Positions 25,365-36,037 of a stretch of 64,000 nt of DNA are shown piece after piece. Source of the DNA: a virus. The stretch spans positions 14,321 to 78,320 of the IMG/VR virus record IMGVR_UViG_3300042471_000650, one strand, 5' to 3'. Under the pieces are notes generated by a model. It had not been told where the DNA came from, made no database searches, and was given only the letters and a program-made list of their open reading frames with translations. The translations under genes and the position numbers were made by a program. Numbering within the stretch: the stretch's first letter is position 1; the number at the start of each line of letters is the position of its first letter.

Positions 25365-26504
25365 TCAATCCTTCTTTGGCATTTTAGCGCCAGTTTTATG
25401 TCTTTCAACACCTGCAGAATCCCTATAGGTTTCACTTTCTCTTCTTGGTGTTACATAACCAACTCCAGGAACCGCACCAGTTTGTCCAGCATCTCTAGCA
25501 GCATTTCTTGCTGCTGCTCTTTGTGCTGCTCTCTTACGATTTCTATCGTATTTTGCATCTTCATTAATAACTTCTTCGACAATATCACGGATGACTTCTG
25601 CATCCATTTCCATCATTACATAGAGTGCTTCATCTACAGTCTCTACGTGCCCGTTGTCGATGAGATACTCAAGGACTAAATCAAAAGCATCATACTCATA
25701 GGACTGGTTTAGCATCTTCTCTCTAGCGGTCTGCCTAGGCGCTACAGGGGTTGGTTTGGGGGTTGCAGCAAGGGCAGCGGTCTGCTTAACTTCAGGTGCT
25801 TTAAATGCTTTTGCACCTGCTTCCTGACCCGCTGATTGAATTTTAGCGGTCGTGCCAGCAGACTTTGCTGCTTGAAGTGCTTTTTCTGCAGAAGCACCAG
25901 ATGCTCTTGCTGCTTGTGCTGCCTTTAATTCAGCAGAAGTTGGTGTTCTTCTTTCGAATGAAGTTTTGCCCAACATTCCGGTTGCAGGTTTTGCAGATGC
26001 TGCAGGTCTAGTAGGGGCAACTTTAGCAGCAGCAGGGGCAGCTGCAGGTCTTGCAGGAGTGCCGGCTGCAGGTCTTGGTGCTGCAGGGGCGCCAGCAGGT
26101 CTTGGTGCTGCAGGGGCGCCAGCAGGTCTTGGTGCTGCAGGGGCGCCAGCAGGTTTTGCTTTTAAATTTTGAGCTCCTTGTTTAAAAACTGATTGAAAAG
26201 TTGCTCCAGGCTTGAGCAATGCCGCTCTTCCGCCGCCTGCGGCAAATGTTCTTTGCAGTCCAGATTTCGTAGCTTCTGATCCAAGATCTTTTAATTGTTG
26301 CTGATTTAATTTAATTTCTTCTAGATATGCCTCATACATCTCTTCCCAAGTATACTCACTCAAATCATAACCTTCTTCTAAAAGTGAGTTGACCCAGTTT
26401 TCAACTTCTTCCCAAATTTGCTCTTCAGTGATTTCTTGTGGCGCATAAATTGCAGCATATGCTTCCATCAAACTCTTTGCTTCACTGCCAGTAATTCTAG
26501 ACAT
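25365..26504 (-). CDS. Late Ala/Pro-rich protein with acidic helical modules (putative internal head protein)
   Basis: TATAAATA at 26532-26539; shares an FDxxLExL..G...EA...M..M module with 54606..55325. Confidence 0.7.
   Translation of the reverse strand: MSRITGSEAKSLMEAYAAIYAPQEITEEQIWEEVENWVNSLLEEGYDLSEYTWEEMYEAYLEEIKLNQQQLKDLGSEATKSGLQRTFAAGGGRAALLKPGATFQSVFKQGAQNLKAKPAGAPAAPRPAGAPAAPRPAGAPAAPRPAAGTPARPAAAPAAAKVAPTRPAASAKPATGMLGKTSFERRTPTSAELKAAQAARASGASAEKALQAAKSAGTTAKIQSAGQEAGAKAFKAPEVKQTAALAATPKPTPVAPRQTAREKMLNQSYEYDAFDLVLEYLIDNGHVETVDEALYVMMEMDAEVIRDIVEEVINEDAKYDRNRKRAAQRAAARNAARDAGQTGAVPGVGYVTPRRESETYRDSAGVERHKTGAKMPKKD
26068..26154. repeat. 27-bp tandem repeat x3 (PAGAPAAPR)
   Basis: Three exact copies of gcaggtcttggtgctgcaggggcgcca plus a partial fourth. 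Confidence 0.95.
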
Positions 26505-26562
26505 TTCTTCTTTGTAATGCTTTTATAAATTTATTTATAAAAAAAGAGGGTCTTAACGACCC

Positions 26563-26709
26563 TCAATAAACATCATTACCTTCTGCTTCTTTCCAAATAT
26601 AGGAATAATCAAAGTCTCCAAATAAAAACTTATCGGATTCTGCTGCTTCTTTATAAGCATTTTTCATTGCTTCAATATCCCATTCTATGTTGGGACTTTC
26701 AGTATTCAT
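26563..26709 (-). CDS. 48-aa acidic hypothetical protein
   Basis: ATGA-coupled to nrdB; ends inside a terminator. Confidence 0.55.
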   Translation of the reverse strand: MNTESPNIEWDIEAMKNAYKEAAESDKFLFGDFDYSYIWKEAEGNDVY

Positions 26710-27887
26710 AGTTTAAACCCAGCAAAAGTATCATTCTTCATATCTTGCTTAATGCCACCAATCAAATATTGTTCAATTTCTACTTCTTGGGGGGCATTTT
26801 GAAGACTTCGGGAATTTAACCAGTGGTCCGTCCACGGAAGTGGATTATTCTTTGCGGAAACATCATAAAGTGGTTTGAGTCCGATTGCTTTCATTCTGCG
26901 ATTGGCAACCCATTCAACATATTGCTGAAGAAGTTTATCATTTAAACCAATCATTGATCCATTTTTAAACAGATATTCTGCCCAAAGTTTTTCTTGATTG
27001 ACTGCCTTCTCAAAGGTCTTATAAACCCACTGTTCCTCTTCTTGTGAGATTTTCTTCATATCGGGGTCATCACCCTCTTTCCATTTGTTTAGAATGTTTT
27101 GTGTGATGACCAAATGTTGACTTTCATCTCTTGCAATTAGAGAAATTATCTTTGCACTTCCTTCCATAAGTTTGAGCTCGCCAAATGCAAAACTGCAAGC
27201 GAAACTGACATAAAAGCGAATACCTTCAAGAATATTAACATTTGCAACTGCTCTGAACAATTTTCTTTTAAGTTCATATCTTGTTTCTTGTGCGGTGGGA
27301 ACTTGTTCTAACGCATGAATCCAATCATTAGATGTTCCATATTGTTGGGCACAGTTGATAAAATCATTATAAGATTCAGTAACACTTACCGCCCTTTCCA
27401 TTATGCGGTCGTCTTTAAGAATCGTATCGAAAACTTCAGAGGGATCCGAATAAACATTTTTAATAATGTATGTATAAGATCTGGAATGAATCATTTCCAT
27501 GAATTCCCAGACCTTCATACACGCTTCTAATTCGGGAAGAGAACAATATGGCGCAAATGCCATACCAGGACCACGACCTTGAACTGAATCAAGCATAATC
27601 TGATATTTTAAGTTACTCGTAAAAATATGTTTTTGTTCTGGACGAAGAGTTTGATAGTCCCCCCTGTCCTTTTGTAAGGAAATTTCTTCAGGTCTCCAAA
27701 AGTAACCTAATTGTTGTTGAGTTAATTTATCAAAAACTGGATATTTGTATTGGTCATAACGTTGTAGACCTAATGGTTGTCCAAAAAACATTGGTTGCTT
27801 TTTAGTATCTACCTCTTGAGAATTGAAAACGGTCATTGATTCGACCATTGATTTCTCCTCTGAATTTTTTCTGAAATTAAAAACCAT
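26706..27887 (-). CDS. nrdB: Ribonucleotide reductase class Ia beta subunit
   Basis: FWRPEE, EMIHSRSY, EGIRFYVSF and RDESQH motifs. Confidence 0.97.
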   Translation of the reverse strand: MVFNFRKNSEEKSMVESMTVFNSQEVDTKKQPMFFGQPLGLQRYDQYKYPVFDKLTQQQLGYFWRPEEISLQKDRGDYQTLRPEQKHIFTSNLKYQIMLDSVQGRGPGMAFAPYCSLPELEACMKVWEFMEMIHSRSYTYIIKNVYSDPSEVFDTILKDDRIMERAVSVTESYNDFINCAQQYGTSNDWIHALEQVPTAQETRYELKRKLFRAVANVNILEGIRFYVSFACSFAFGELKLMEGSAKIISLIARDESQHLVITQNILNKWKEGDDPDMKKISQEEEQWVYKTFEKAVNQEKLWAEYLFKNGSMIGLNDKLLQQYVEWVANRRMKAIGLKPLYDVSAKNNPLPWTDHWLNSRSLQNAPQEVEIEQYLIGGIKQDMKNDTFAGFKL

Positions 27888-27936
27888 ACTTCCCTCAATA
27901 GATTAACTTTAACTCACACTGTAATATTTAACTGAA

Positions 27937-30237
27937 TCAGATTTTGCAACTTTCGCAATCTTCTTCACCACTTTCCATAATGTCATCAAGAAGTGATTGC
28001 AATTCTTGCTTGGAATCTTCAACTACTTCATCGGTCTTAATATCGTAAGTATTCTGATAGTATGAAGTCTTCCAACCATAACGATAAGTAGTCAACAAGT
28101 CATTTGCCATTACGCTAACAGGGACTTCATTATCTGGATAATTTTGCGGGTTATAGGACCAGTTTCCACTAATCGCTTGATCGAAGAATTTTTGCATAAC
28201 AGCAACAATATTGATGTAACCACTATTGCTAGGCATATCCCAAAGAAGTGTATAATTGTTCTTAAGTGTTTGATACTGGGGAACAATTTGCTTAAGGGGA
28301 CCTTTCTTGGACTTCTTAACGGACAGGTATCCTCTAGGTGGTTCGATTCCGTTGGTTGCGTTTGACACAACGGAACTGCTCTCCGATGGCATCTGTGCGG
28401 ACAGTGTTGAGTTCCGTACTCCATACTGCTTAACCTGCTCCCGTAATGACTCCCAATCATACTTAAGTTCGTTAGGTACAATCTCATCTACATCTTTCTT
28501 GTAAGTATCTATAGGAAGAATTCCTTGAGCATATTTTGTTCGATTAGAATACTCGCAAGGTCCTTTTTCTCTGGCAAGTCTTACGGTTGCCTGAATCAAA
28601 TAATACTGAAATGCTTCGGTAAGATCGTGTACTAGTTTCCAAGCGCCAGGATCGTCGTAATGCTCCCCGTGCTTGGCGAGATAGTGTGCAAGACCAATAT
28701 AACCAACCCCAAGAGAACGACGTGCTCTAGTGGCGATTTCTGCTGCTCTGACGGGATATCCCTGAAAATCAATAAGTTCGTCAAGACTCCTAACTGTAAG
28801 GTCACAGAGACTCTCTAATTCGTCATTTGATTTTAATTTACCAACATTGATGGCAGAAAGAATACAAAGAGCAATTTCACCATCAGGATCATCAATATGC
28901 TGAATGGGTTTTGTGGGAAGAGTAATTTCTTGACAGAGATTGCTCATCTCAACTTTATCCATAAAGGATGAGTGGGAGTTGCAATGGTCAATATTCATAA
29001 TGTAAATACGACCAGTTTCAGCACGTTCTTTCAGGAGGTCCAGAAAGAGTTCTTGAGCGCCGATAGTTTTTCTTGGAATAGACTCATCTCGTTCATAACG
29101 AAGATATAACTCGTCAAATCCATCAGTGCCAAAAGCATCATACAGACCAGGAACAGCGTGGGGAGAGAAGAGTGAGACTTCTTCGTTACGGATGAATCGT
29201 TCATAGAACAGTTTGGAGATTTGGATGGAGTAGTCTAACTTACGAACACGGTTATCTTCAGTTCCTTTGTTATTTTTTAGTACTAGGATATCTTCGATTT
29301 CTTGGTGCCAGATTGGAAAGTGGACAGTAGCACTTCCACCACGAATCCCGTTTTGTGTACAACATCTGACAGTTGCCTCAAACTTTTTGAGGAATGGGAC
29401 AACACCAGTATGCTGAACTTCTCCGCCTCTGATTTTAGCGTTGATACCCCGGATGCGACCTGCGTTGATGCCAATTCCTGCTCTTTGAGCAACATAGCGA
29501 CCAATTGCCATATCAGAGCTGAAGATGCTATCAAGGGTGTCATCAACATCAACAAGAACGCAACTTGCATATTGACGAAGTGGGGTTCTAACACCTGCCA
29601 TGATTGGCGTAGGAATGTTGATTTTGTGCTTTGAGATTGCGTCATAATACTTCTTAACGTAATCTAGACGGGTTTCTTTAGGATACTTTGAAAAGATAGT
29701 CGCCGCAATCAAAAGATACATGAATTGTGGCGTTTCATAAAGATTGCCAGTGCTTCTATCTTGTACAAGATACTTGTCTACAACTTGACGAAGACCGGCA
29801 TAAGTAAACAGATAATCACGTCCATGATCTATAAAACTCTCAAGTTTTTCAAATTCTTCTTCAGAATAAAGATCTAGAATTTCAGCATCATAGACTCCCT
29901 TCTCAACACACCTCTTCGTATGCTCCAATACAGTTGAGTTGTCATACATTCTTCCAAAAATTTGCTTGCGAATCGCAAACAAAAGAAGACGAGCAGCAAC
30001 AAACTGATAATTGGGATGCTCAAGATCAATCAAATCAGAAGCAGATCGAATCAGAATCTCTTGAATCTCTCCAGTAGTAATTCCATTATAAAATTGAATT
30101 CCAGACTGCATTTCAACTTGTGAAGCAGAAACTCCAGCAAGATCTTTACACGCCTCTTCAACCATTACATGAAGTTTGTTTAGATTGAGAGATTCAGTAT
30201 CACCACTTCTTTTAACAACTTTTGTTCCGTTACTCAT
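27937..30237 (-). CDS. nrdA: Ribonucleotide reductase class Ia alpha subunit
   Basis: ATP cone, PTPIMAG, SNLCQEI, C-terminal CESC. Confidence 0.97.
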   Translation of the reverse strand: MSNGTKVVKRSGDTESLNLNKLHVMVEEACKDLAGVSASQVEMQSGIQFYNGITTGEIQEILIRSASDLIDLEHPNYQFVAARLLLFAIRKQIFGRMYDNSTVLEHTKRCVEKGVYDAEILDLYSEEEFEKLESFIDHGRDYLFTYAGLRQVVDKYLVQDRSTGNLYETPQFMYLLIAATIFSKYPKETRLDYVKKYYDAISKHKINIPTPIMAGVRTPLRQYASCVLVDVDDTLDSIFSSDMAIGRYVAQRAGIGINAGRIRGINAKIRGGEVQHTGVVPFLKKFEATVRCCTQNGIRGGSATVHFPIWHQEIEDILVLKNNKGTEDNRVRKLDYSIQISKLFYERFIRNEEVSLFSPHAVPGLYDAFGTDGFDELYLRYERDESIPRKTIGAQELFLDLLKERAETGRIYIMNIDHCNSHSSFMDKVEMSNLCQEITLPTKPIQHIDDPDGEIALCILSAINVGKLKSNDELESLCDLTVRSLDELIDFQGYPVRAAEIATRARRSLGVGYIGLAHYLAKHGEHYDDPGAWKLVHDLTEAFQYYLIQATVRLAREKGPCEYSNRTKYAQGILPIDTYKKDVDEIVPNELKYDWESLREQVKQYGVRNSTLSAQMPSESSSVVSNATNGIEPPRGYLSVKKSKKGPLKQIVPQYQTLKNNYTLLWDMPSNSGYINIVAVMQKFFDQAISGNWSYNPQNYPDNEVPVSVMANDLLTTYRYGWKTSYYQNTYDIKTDEVVEDSKQELQSLLDDIMESGEEDCESCKI

Positions 30238-31205
30238 ACCTTTTTCCAATTGTTGAATTTAATTTTTGCTTCTAAACCAATGTGTGTATTTGATTTTAAC
30301 ATATCCATAACGTTATGTCCAGCGAGTACAAGGTCATTAATATCCTTTTCCTTTAGGTTACTGGACCAAATCACTACTTTGTCACCTCTGTCGATGGTCT
30401 TTGATATTCGGTTGACGATTTCTCTATTGCGTGGTTCATTATCAAAGACGTAAATATAATCGCGCCAACCAAACGACCTAATATCAATGTCGGACCCACA
30501 CATAGCAACAGCATTTTCGATAAACGTGGAGTCGAAAGGTCCTTCAACGATGTAAATGGATTTTGATGAATCCACTTTTTCAAGTCCGTAAATTTTTGGC
30601 GCATCATCAGAAAGCATCACGGTGATGTATTTATTTGGAGAGGGTCCAAGTGCTCTTCCCTGAAATCCTATCAAATTATAGTCTTTATCATACATTGGTA
30701 TAATAATGCGACTCTCATCCCTAGTGATAGTGTTAAAAGTTTGTTTTTGCGTGTTTACCCACTGCTTAAATTTGTCAGCGAAATAAAACTTTTCCGGATC
30801 TACTTTTCGCCTTTCCAAATATTCTTTGGCAATTGGAATTTCCGATGCTTTAGGTAAATCAAGTTTCTTTTTAAAAACTGGTTTGTCAAAATCAAACTTT
30901 GGTTCCTCAACCACAAAGTTTTTGCCAGTATGCCCCTCCTTAAACTTCTCCATAATATACTGCTTATGAAGAGTTGAATCAAGTTCTTTAAGAAAGTTAT
31001 TAAATGACAAACTTGCACCACAATTGTGACACTTGAAGTTTGTATTATTTTTGACTTGATAAAAATATCCCCTTGTCTTACTTTTATTTTTCTGGGAATC
31101 GCCACAAAGAGGGCAGCGGAAGTTATAGAGATCTGCCTTAACTCTCTTAAATTTTTGAAGACGCGAAGATACGAGTCCAATATACTTGGAGTCAATCAGA
31201 TCCAT
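30234..31205 (-). CDS. gp61: DNA primase
   Basis: CPLCGDS zinc finger; VEGPFDS and DNEPRN TOPRIM motifs. Confidence 0.95.
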   Translation of the reverse strand: MDLIDSKYIGLVSSRLQKFKRVKADLYNFRCPLCGDSQKNKSKTRGYFYQVKNNTNFKCHNCGASLSFNNFLKELDSTLHKQYIMEKFKEGHTGKNFVVEEPKFDFDKPVFKKKLDLPKASEIPIAKEYLERRKVDPEKFYFADKFKQWVNTQKQTFNTITRDESRIIIPMYDKDYNLIGFQGRALGPSPNKYITVMLSDDAPKIYGLEKVDSSKSIYIVEGPFDSTFIENAVAMCGSDIDIRSFGWRDYIYVFDNEPRNREIVNRISKTIDRGDKVVIWSSNLKEKDINDLVLAGHNVMDMLKSNTHIGLEAKIKFNNWKKV

Positions 31206-31218
31206 TATAAAGAGGTTA

Positions 31219-31632
31219 TTATTTCGTGCTCTCTATTCTAACAGGTTGTGAGTCTGGTGTCAATATATCTACAACCATATGGGATTGTGAAACTGCAAAA
31301 GAAACTACAACAGCAATTCCAACAACAATCCAACGAAACTTTGCAATATCTTCAACTTTCATTTCCAATGCTTTAATTCTATCTGTTACACCCTTATGCT
31401 GATCTCTATTTTCATCCTTCAATTCACCAATCATTTTAGAAATCATCTCATCCGTTTTACCACACTGCTCAATTTTTTCATCATGAACTGCCAGCATCTT
31501 ACTGATGTTTTGACTGGTTTTACCCATAATTTGAATTGCTTCATCAATCTTTTTTAGCAAAAGTTCGTATGATGAAAGACGCTCTTCTAATACAGCAATT
31601 TTGGTGTCGGATGAGGTGTTTTGATTAAACAT
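31219..31632 (-). CDS. Coiled-coil protein with C-terminal TM segment
   Basis: 137-aa ORF at a conserved position upstream of the primase. Confidence 0.7.
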   Translation of the reverse strand: MFNQNTSSDTKIAVLEERLSSYELLLKKIDEAIQIMGKTSQNISKMLAVHDEKIEQCGKTDEMISKMIGELKDENRDQHKGVTDRIKALEMKVEDIAKFRWIVVGIAVVVSFAVSQSHMVVDILTPDSQPVRIESTK

Positions 31633-31675
31633 TTTTCTTTCTGGTAAGATTTGCTCATAACAAATCTAATACTAT

Positions 31676-31885
31676 TTATTTACCCTTCAAATACTGCAAC
31701 CACCACTTACGTGATCCTCTTCCACCTTTTGCATATCTCTTTTTTTTCTTTGAAGGGAACACTGGAGGAGTACCGGTGTTGATATTATATCCAAGAGATT
31801 TTTCACCATCGCCAACCACGTTTGCAATCTCACCTTCTTCTTTAAGGGTATGAATAATTTGAATTAGTTTATCTAGTTTATTCAT
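31676..31885 (-). CDS. Small hypothetical protein
   Basis: 69 aa; TAATG-coupled. Confidence 0.65.
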   Translation of the reverse strand: MNKLDKLIQIIHTLKEEGEIANVVGDGEKSLGYNINTGTPPVFPSKKKKRYAKGGRGSRKWWLQYLKGK

Positions 31886-32256
31886 TAGATTGTTTGCAAA
31901 TGTGCTAGACAGTCTTCATCTTCTTTAATATTATGCATCTGCGTTTTTGGATATTCCGGAAACCGATTCAGAAATAAAAGAAAACTTTTTATTGCTGGCC
32001 AAAGATCACTATCTAAATTATAAAACAATAATGGGACAGCAGCATCATTAAAGACATTGAAAAGTATTGTCAAGTGATTCAAAATAAGGTGAGTTCTAAG
32101 CTCACCTGTATTTTTATATTTTTTCAACAACCTTTTCACATAACGAATTCGCTTCAAGTCAGATTGAAAATCCTCCATCGTAAGTGCTTGAGGATTGTCA
32201 TAAAATTTTATAGCAAATAACAAATAATTGTCTTCATTCAATTCATCAAATCTCAT
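31885..32256 (-). CDS. Conserved T4-like phage hypothetical protein
   Basis: ELNEDN.LLFA...YDNP...F..DLKR..Y motif. Confidence 0.75.
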   Translation of the reverse strand: MRFDELNEDNYLLFAIKFYDNPQALTMEDFQSDLKRIRYVKRLLKKYKNTGELRTHLILNHLTILFNVFNDAAVPLLFYNLDSDLWPAIKSFLLFLNRFPEYPKTQMHNIKEDEDCLAHLQTI

Positions 32257-32265
32257 ACCATATTA

Positions 32266-32820
32266 TCAGCTATCTGGAAATCTTGAATCATCGTCAGCGT
32301 CACCAGTAATGCTACTACCAGCAACTAATACTTCACTCTTAACTCTGAAGTTGCCATGATTGTCAACATAAGTTGTAACACCAACCCATCCAGCGTGAGC
32401 AACTGCATAAGCAGCATTTTTACCACCGACAGTTCTTCCGGCAGCAACTGTTGCTTCAGTAGTACCTACACCAAATACTGCAGAGAATCTACCACTCTTT
32501 ACATCAGGAGCAAAGTACTGCCCATCTTCAAGAGTGTACTTTGGTTTTTGATTTACTGTGTAAGCAACGCCAGCAATTGAACCATTAAGAGGAATTAAGA
32601 ACTGGGTTGAACCAATAGAAAGTTGCGTAGCAGAAGTTACTCCAGTAATTACTGCCTGACCATAAGTAGCTCCGGCGCCAACAACCAAAATATCGCCAGC
32701 TGAAATTCCAGCAGTTACGAAAGTTGTACCACTTCCAGTTACTACTTCAGTAGCAAGATTGATTGTTATAGTTCCTGTAAGACCCGTGCTAAAAGAATCT
32801 TTATTGCCCCAAAGAGACAT
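32266..32820 (-). CDS. Virion structural protein
   Basis: MSLWG...HAGWVG...RVKSEVLVA; TATAAATA at 32853-32860. Confidence 0.7.
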   Translation of the reverse strand: MSLWGNKDSFSTGLTGTITINLATEVVTGSGTTFVTAGISAGDILVVGAGATYGQAVITGVTSATQLSIGSTQFLIPLNGSIAGVAYTVNQKPKYTLEDGQYFAPDVKSGRFSAVFGVGTTEATVAAGRTVGGKNAAYAVAHAGWVGVTTYVDNHGNFRVKSEVLVAGSSITGDADDDSRFPDS

Positions 32821-32911
32821 ATGCTTTACCTAATAAATTTCTTTTCTAGTAATATTTATAAAAAAAGGAGACCTTATAAAAAGATCTCCTTTATTTTTAT
32901 TTTGTTAACTC

Positions 32912-33097
32912 TCAAGGAGTTAAATCTTTTGCACCTTTCTTTTTGAGGTGCTCTTGTGCTTGAATAAGAATAAATGAAAGAATTCCATTTGCTTTAACTT
33001 TTGGATTAGCACCAACTGCTTCTGAAATCAGAAACAAAATAGTTGCAATTAGACCTTCATTTGCTGCAACCCAAGCCCAGATAGCTGCGACTGTCAT
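32912..33097 (-). CDS. Small membrane protein
   Basis: LFLISEAVGANPKVKANG; GGAGG RBS. Confidence 0.65.
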   Translation of the reverse strand: MTVAAIWAWVAANEGLIATILFLISEAVGANPKVKANGILSFILIQAQEHLKKKGAKDLTP

Positions 33098-33137
33098 AAT
33101 GTCCTCCGTGTGAAGAGTATCCTGATATATTTAGGAA

Positions 33138-34661
33138 TCAGTCAGATTCACCAGCTCTTGGTTTGTACATATCTTGTGCCCTTCTTTCTGCAGCAGATTG
33201 TTGTACTTTTTTCTTTGCAAGTCTATCTGCTGTAGTTTGACCTTTTGGTGTGGGAGCACCAGGAGTCTTTTTGACTCCCCTTTCACCTTCATGTTGAGCA
33301 ACCGTTTTTCCACTTCTAGTCATAAGACCTTGACGAGTGCTTGGCATTTTTCTTAGCATTTCTATAGCACGATCACGTGGTTTTCTTTGAGTTCCTTTTT
33401 CTTCACGTCTTCTTTCATCAAGAATTTCAGTTTCTTCTGTTGAAACCATCACAATAGGATTTTTAGCACCCATCGCTCTTGCATAATTTTTGGCAAGATT
33501 AACTGCGGTTGGAAGGGATCTAGGATCCTTTTCTTCCATTTCCTTTTTTGCTTTATTGTCTGCTTGAGTAACAGTTTCTTCCTTCATAGAAGTTTTCTTT
33601 TCAGGAAGTCCTTTATGAGAAGTTTTAGCAAACTTTTTAGCTTCCTTTTTACTCATTCCAGAAGCTGCCTTTGCAACCTCTGGAGATGCTGGCATTTCAC
33701 CTTTCTTTGCAGCGTAAACCATTCCCATAAACTTTTGTTGTGCTTTGCTTACTGCTTTTTCAACAACAAAAGATCCTTTAATATCATAATGTGCTAGTTG
33801 CATACCATAATTAGATTTTCCACTGTTTGATCCTGGCGCTTCAGGATTGACCTTTACTGTATTTTTTCCTTTCATCACATCAATCTTTTTTGCATTTGCA
33901 TCAGGATTGGATGATTCATCATTAACTTCGCCAATGTATTCTTCCTTTACACTCGAAGTATCTTGACCGTCTGGGGTTCCACCTTTTTTACGCTGAATAG
34001 CGTTGTGAACTGCACCACGATATTCTTTAGCACCACTTTCTACTTTACCATCTCCATCATAATCTTTTCCTGCTTTTGCTCTTGCAGTTTGCTCACCCTT
34101 CTTCTTTTCACCTTCATAAGGTTCGCCATAACCAGTCATTTCAACTGATTCAATATTTGAATTTGCACGAAGTTCACTAATCTTTTGACGATCTGCATAT
34201 CTAACATATGAACGACCGTCCTTTCCAGTAACTCTAACTTTATATTTTTTATGCTCCGAAGTTTCTAACTTCTCCATATAAGTTAAACGAATTGGTTCTT
34301 GCTCCTCTTGAACCCCTTCAACAAATACTTTAAAGAGTGCGTTTGCTACGCTAGAAGAAGCTAAATCCTCAATGTTAAAATCTTCTGCTTGCATACCACC
34401 TTTACCAAAAAGTTTTTGCTTTACTATCGTTTTTTCTTGCTGACTCATACTACTGTTTTGCATATATTGAGTGTATGCTTGGCGAAGAGGAAGTTCTTCT
34501 CTCCTAGCTCTATAACGAATATCGTAAATTGCTTGCTTTGCTCTTTTTTCTGGAGATTTTCCACCATCTTTTTTCCCTTCTTCACCACCCTTTTCAGATG
34601 AAGGTGCCTCAACTGGCGAGTGTTTTCTTGCTGGAAGCTCTTCAGCAATATGTTTTTTCAT
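33138..34661 (-). CDS. Modular charged protein (contains a DUF3008-like module; putative internal head protein)
   Basis: KAVSKAQQKFMGMV...KKFAKTSHKGLP module; charged segments separated by Glu residues. Confidence 0.7.
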   Translation of the reverse strand: MKKHIAEELPARKHSPVEAPSSEKGGEEGKKDGGKSPEKRAKQAIYDIRYRARREELPLRQAYTQYMQNSSMSQQEKTIVKQKLFGKGGMQAEDFNIEDLASSSVANALFKVFVEGVQEEQEPIRLTYMEKLETSEHKKYKVRVTGKDGRSYVRYADRQKISELRANSNIESVEMTGYGEPYEGEKKKGEQTARAKAGKDYDGDGKVESGAKEYRGAVHNAIQRKKGGTPDGQDTSSVKEEYIGEVNDESSNPDANAKKIDVMKGKNTVKVNPEAPGSNSGKSNYGMQLAHYDIKGSFVVEKAVSKAQQKFMGMVYAAKKGEMPASPEVAKAASGMSKKEAKKFAKTSHKGLPEKKTSMKEETVTQADNKAKKEMEEKDPRSLPTAVNLAKNYARAMGAKNPIVMVSTEETEILDERRREEKGTQRKPRDRAIEMLRKMPSTRQGLMTRSGKTVAQHEGERGVKKTPGAPTPKGQTTADRLAKKKVQQSAAERRAQDMYKPRAGESD

Positions 34662-34670
34662 GAGGAAACT

Positions 34671-35987
34671 TTACTTCTTATTTTTTCTATACTTATTTAT
34701 GAAATTAAGACCGTATGCTCTTCCACCTTGTTGAAGATTTTCCTTTCCCGTGCCAATTGCACCTGGTGTTTGCTTTGCAGCATACTTAAAATATCCCAAG
34801 GTTCCAACTAAAGTATTTGGTTTTCCTGGTTGGCGATATTCTTTATCCATTTTAACTTCCGTATATTCACGTAAGTCTTTAATCCAAGATTTGAACATTT
34901 GACCAGATTCGGTGACACAAATCAAATAATTAGTGCCTCTGCGAATAATACGTCCCATTAATCCAGTATTCAAATTTTCAACTACTTCGCCAATTTTGAA
35001 AATAGATTCTGTAATATAATTTTCACGAAGAGATTGAAAATCAAGTTTAGGTGCAATTTCCCAAATATCCCAACCTTCCTTCACATTCATCGCACCACGA
35101 AGAATATTAAATAATTCCTTTGCTTCTGCTGGTTTGACTTCTGGGGGAAGACCTGAACGGAAAGTTTTAAAATCTCCTTCTGCTGCAGCAAGTCTCATTC
35201 TTGATGCAGACATTCCTTCAACACCCTTTGCATCAGGATCTCTGTCTCCAGCAGAAACTACTTCAATATTATCAAAGTTATAAAGTTGCCCATTATACTG
35301 GTTAGAAAGTTTTTCAAATTCCTTAACTCTATCAGCACCACCAATAATTCTTACCCCAGCATATCCATTATTATGCGCCATTTTTAAGACATCAAAAATT
35401 GTCTTTGTATTGGCATCATTTACAATATTTCCAGCGTGCTGTGGATAAAACTTTTGCATATAAGCAATCTTTGTATCAGGATCAAGAGGATTCTTTTTCT
35501 TATCCTGACTTCTTGATGGGAAAATTAAATATTCACCACCATCTTCCTGCGCCGCAGATTGTGCTGCAACATCCATTAATTGTTGATGTCCAATTGTGGG
35601 AGGATTAAAACGTCCAAATGCAATTGTCAAAGTGCCTTTAGTTTTTGGAACTGGAAGATATCGTGCCGGTGGTTGCTCCTGTGCTGCTGCTTGTTGCTCT
35701 GGTGCAGGTGGTTGCTCTGCAGGCGCCTGTTGTTGAGCGGATTGTTGAGCAGTTGCTGGATCTTGATATCCAGGAGAAGCAATTGTTTTTTCCTTTTCTG
35801 TTTGTTTTGGATCTTTTGCCCCAACTCTTTGACGCTTATTATAAAACTTGAGTTTTCCACCCTCTGTTTTTGCGACAAACTCACCTTGACGGTCATACCA
35901 TCCTCCGTGCCCGTCTCCAACAAGACCAAGACGTTGTGCTTGTTGTGAGGCAGATGCTTCTGATATAAATTGGAAAAAACTTTTCAT
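34671..35987 (-). CDS. Cytidylyltransferase-like (HIGH-superfamily) protein
   Basis: FGRFNPPTIGH, GADR and MSASRMR motifs. Confidence 0.85.
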   Translation of the reverse strand: MKSFFQFISEASASQQAQRLGLVGDGHGGWYDRQGEFVAKTEGGKLKFYNKRQRVGAKDPKQTEKEKTIASPGYQDPATAQQSAQQQAPAEQPPAPEQQAAAQEQPPARYLPVPKTKGTLTIAFGRFNPPTIGHQQLMDVAAQSAAQEDGGEYLIFPSRSQDKKKNPLDPDTKIAYMQKFYPQHAGNIVNDANTKTIFDVLKMAHNNGYAGVRIIGGADRVKEFEKLSNQYNGQLYNFDNIEVVSAGDRDPDAKGVEGMSASRMRLAAAEGDFKTFRSGLPPEVKPAEAKELFNILRGAMNVKEGWDIWEIAPKLDFQSLRENYITESIFKIGEVVENLNTGLMGRIIRRGTNYLICVTESGQMFKSWIKDLREYTEVKMDKEYRQPGKPNTLVGTLGYFKYAAKQTPGAIGTGKENLQQGGRAYGLNFINKYRKNKK

Positions 35988-36037
35988 TATTTACTTTGAA
36001 TTATGTATCAGATATCTTTATAATATGTATTTATCAA

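Noticed and set aside
26068-26154. Direct repeats as a possible CRISPR array
   Set aside because: Tandem 27-bp units with no spacers, in frame in a Pro/Ala linker; no cas genes.
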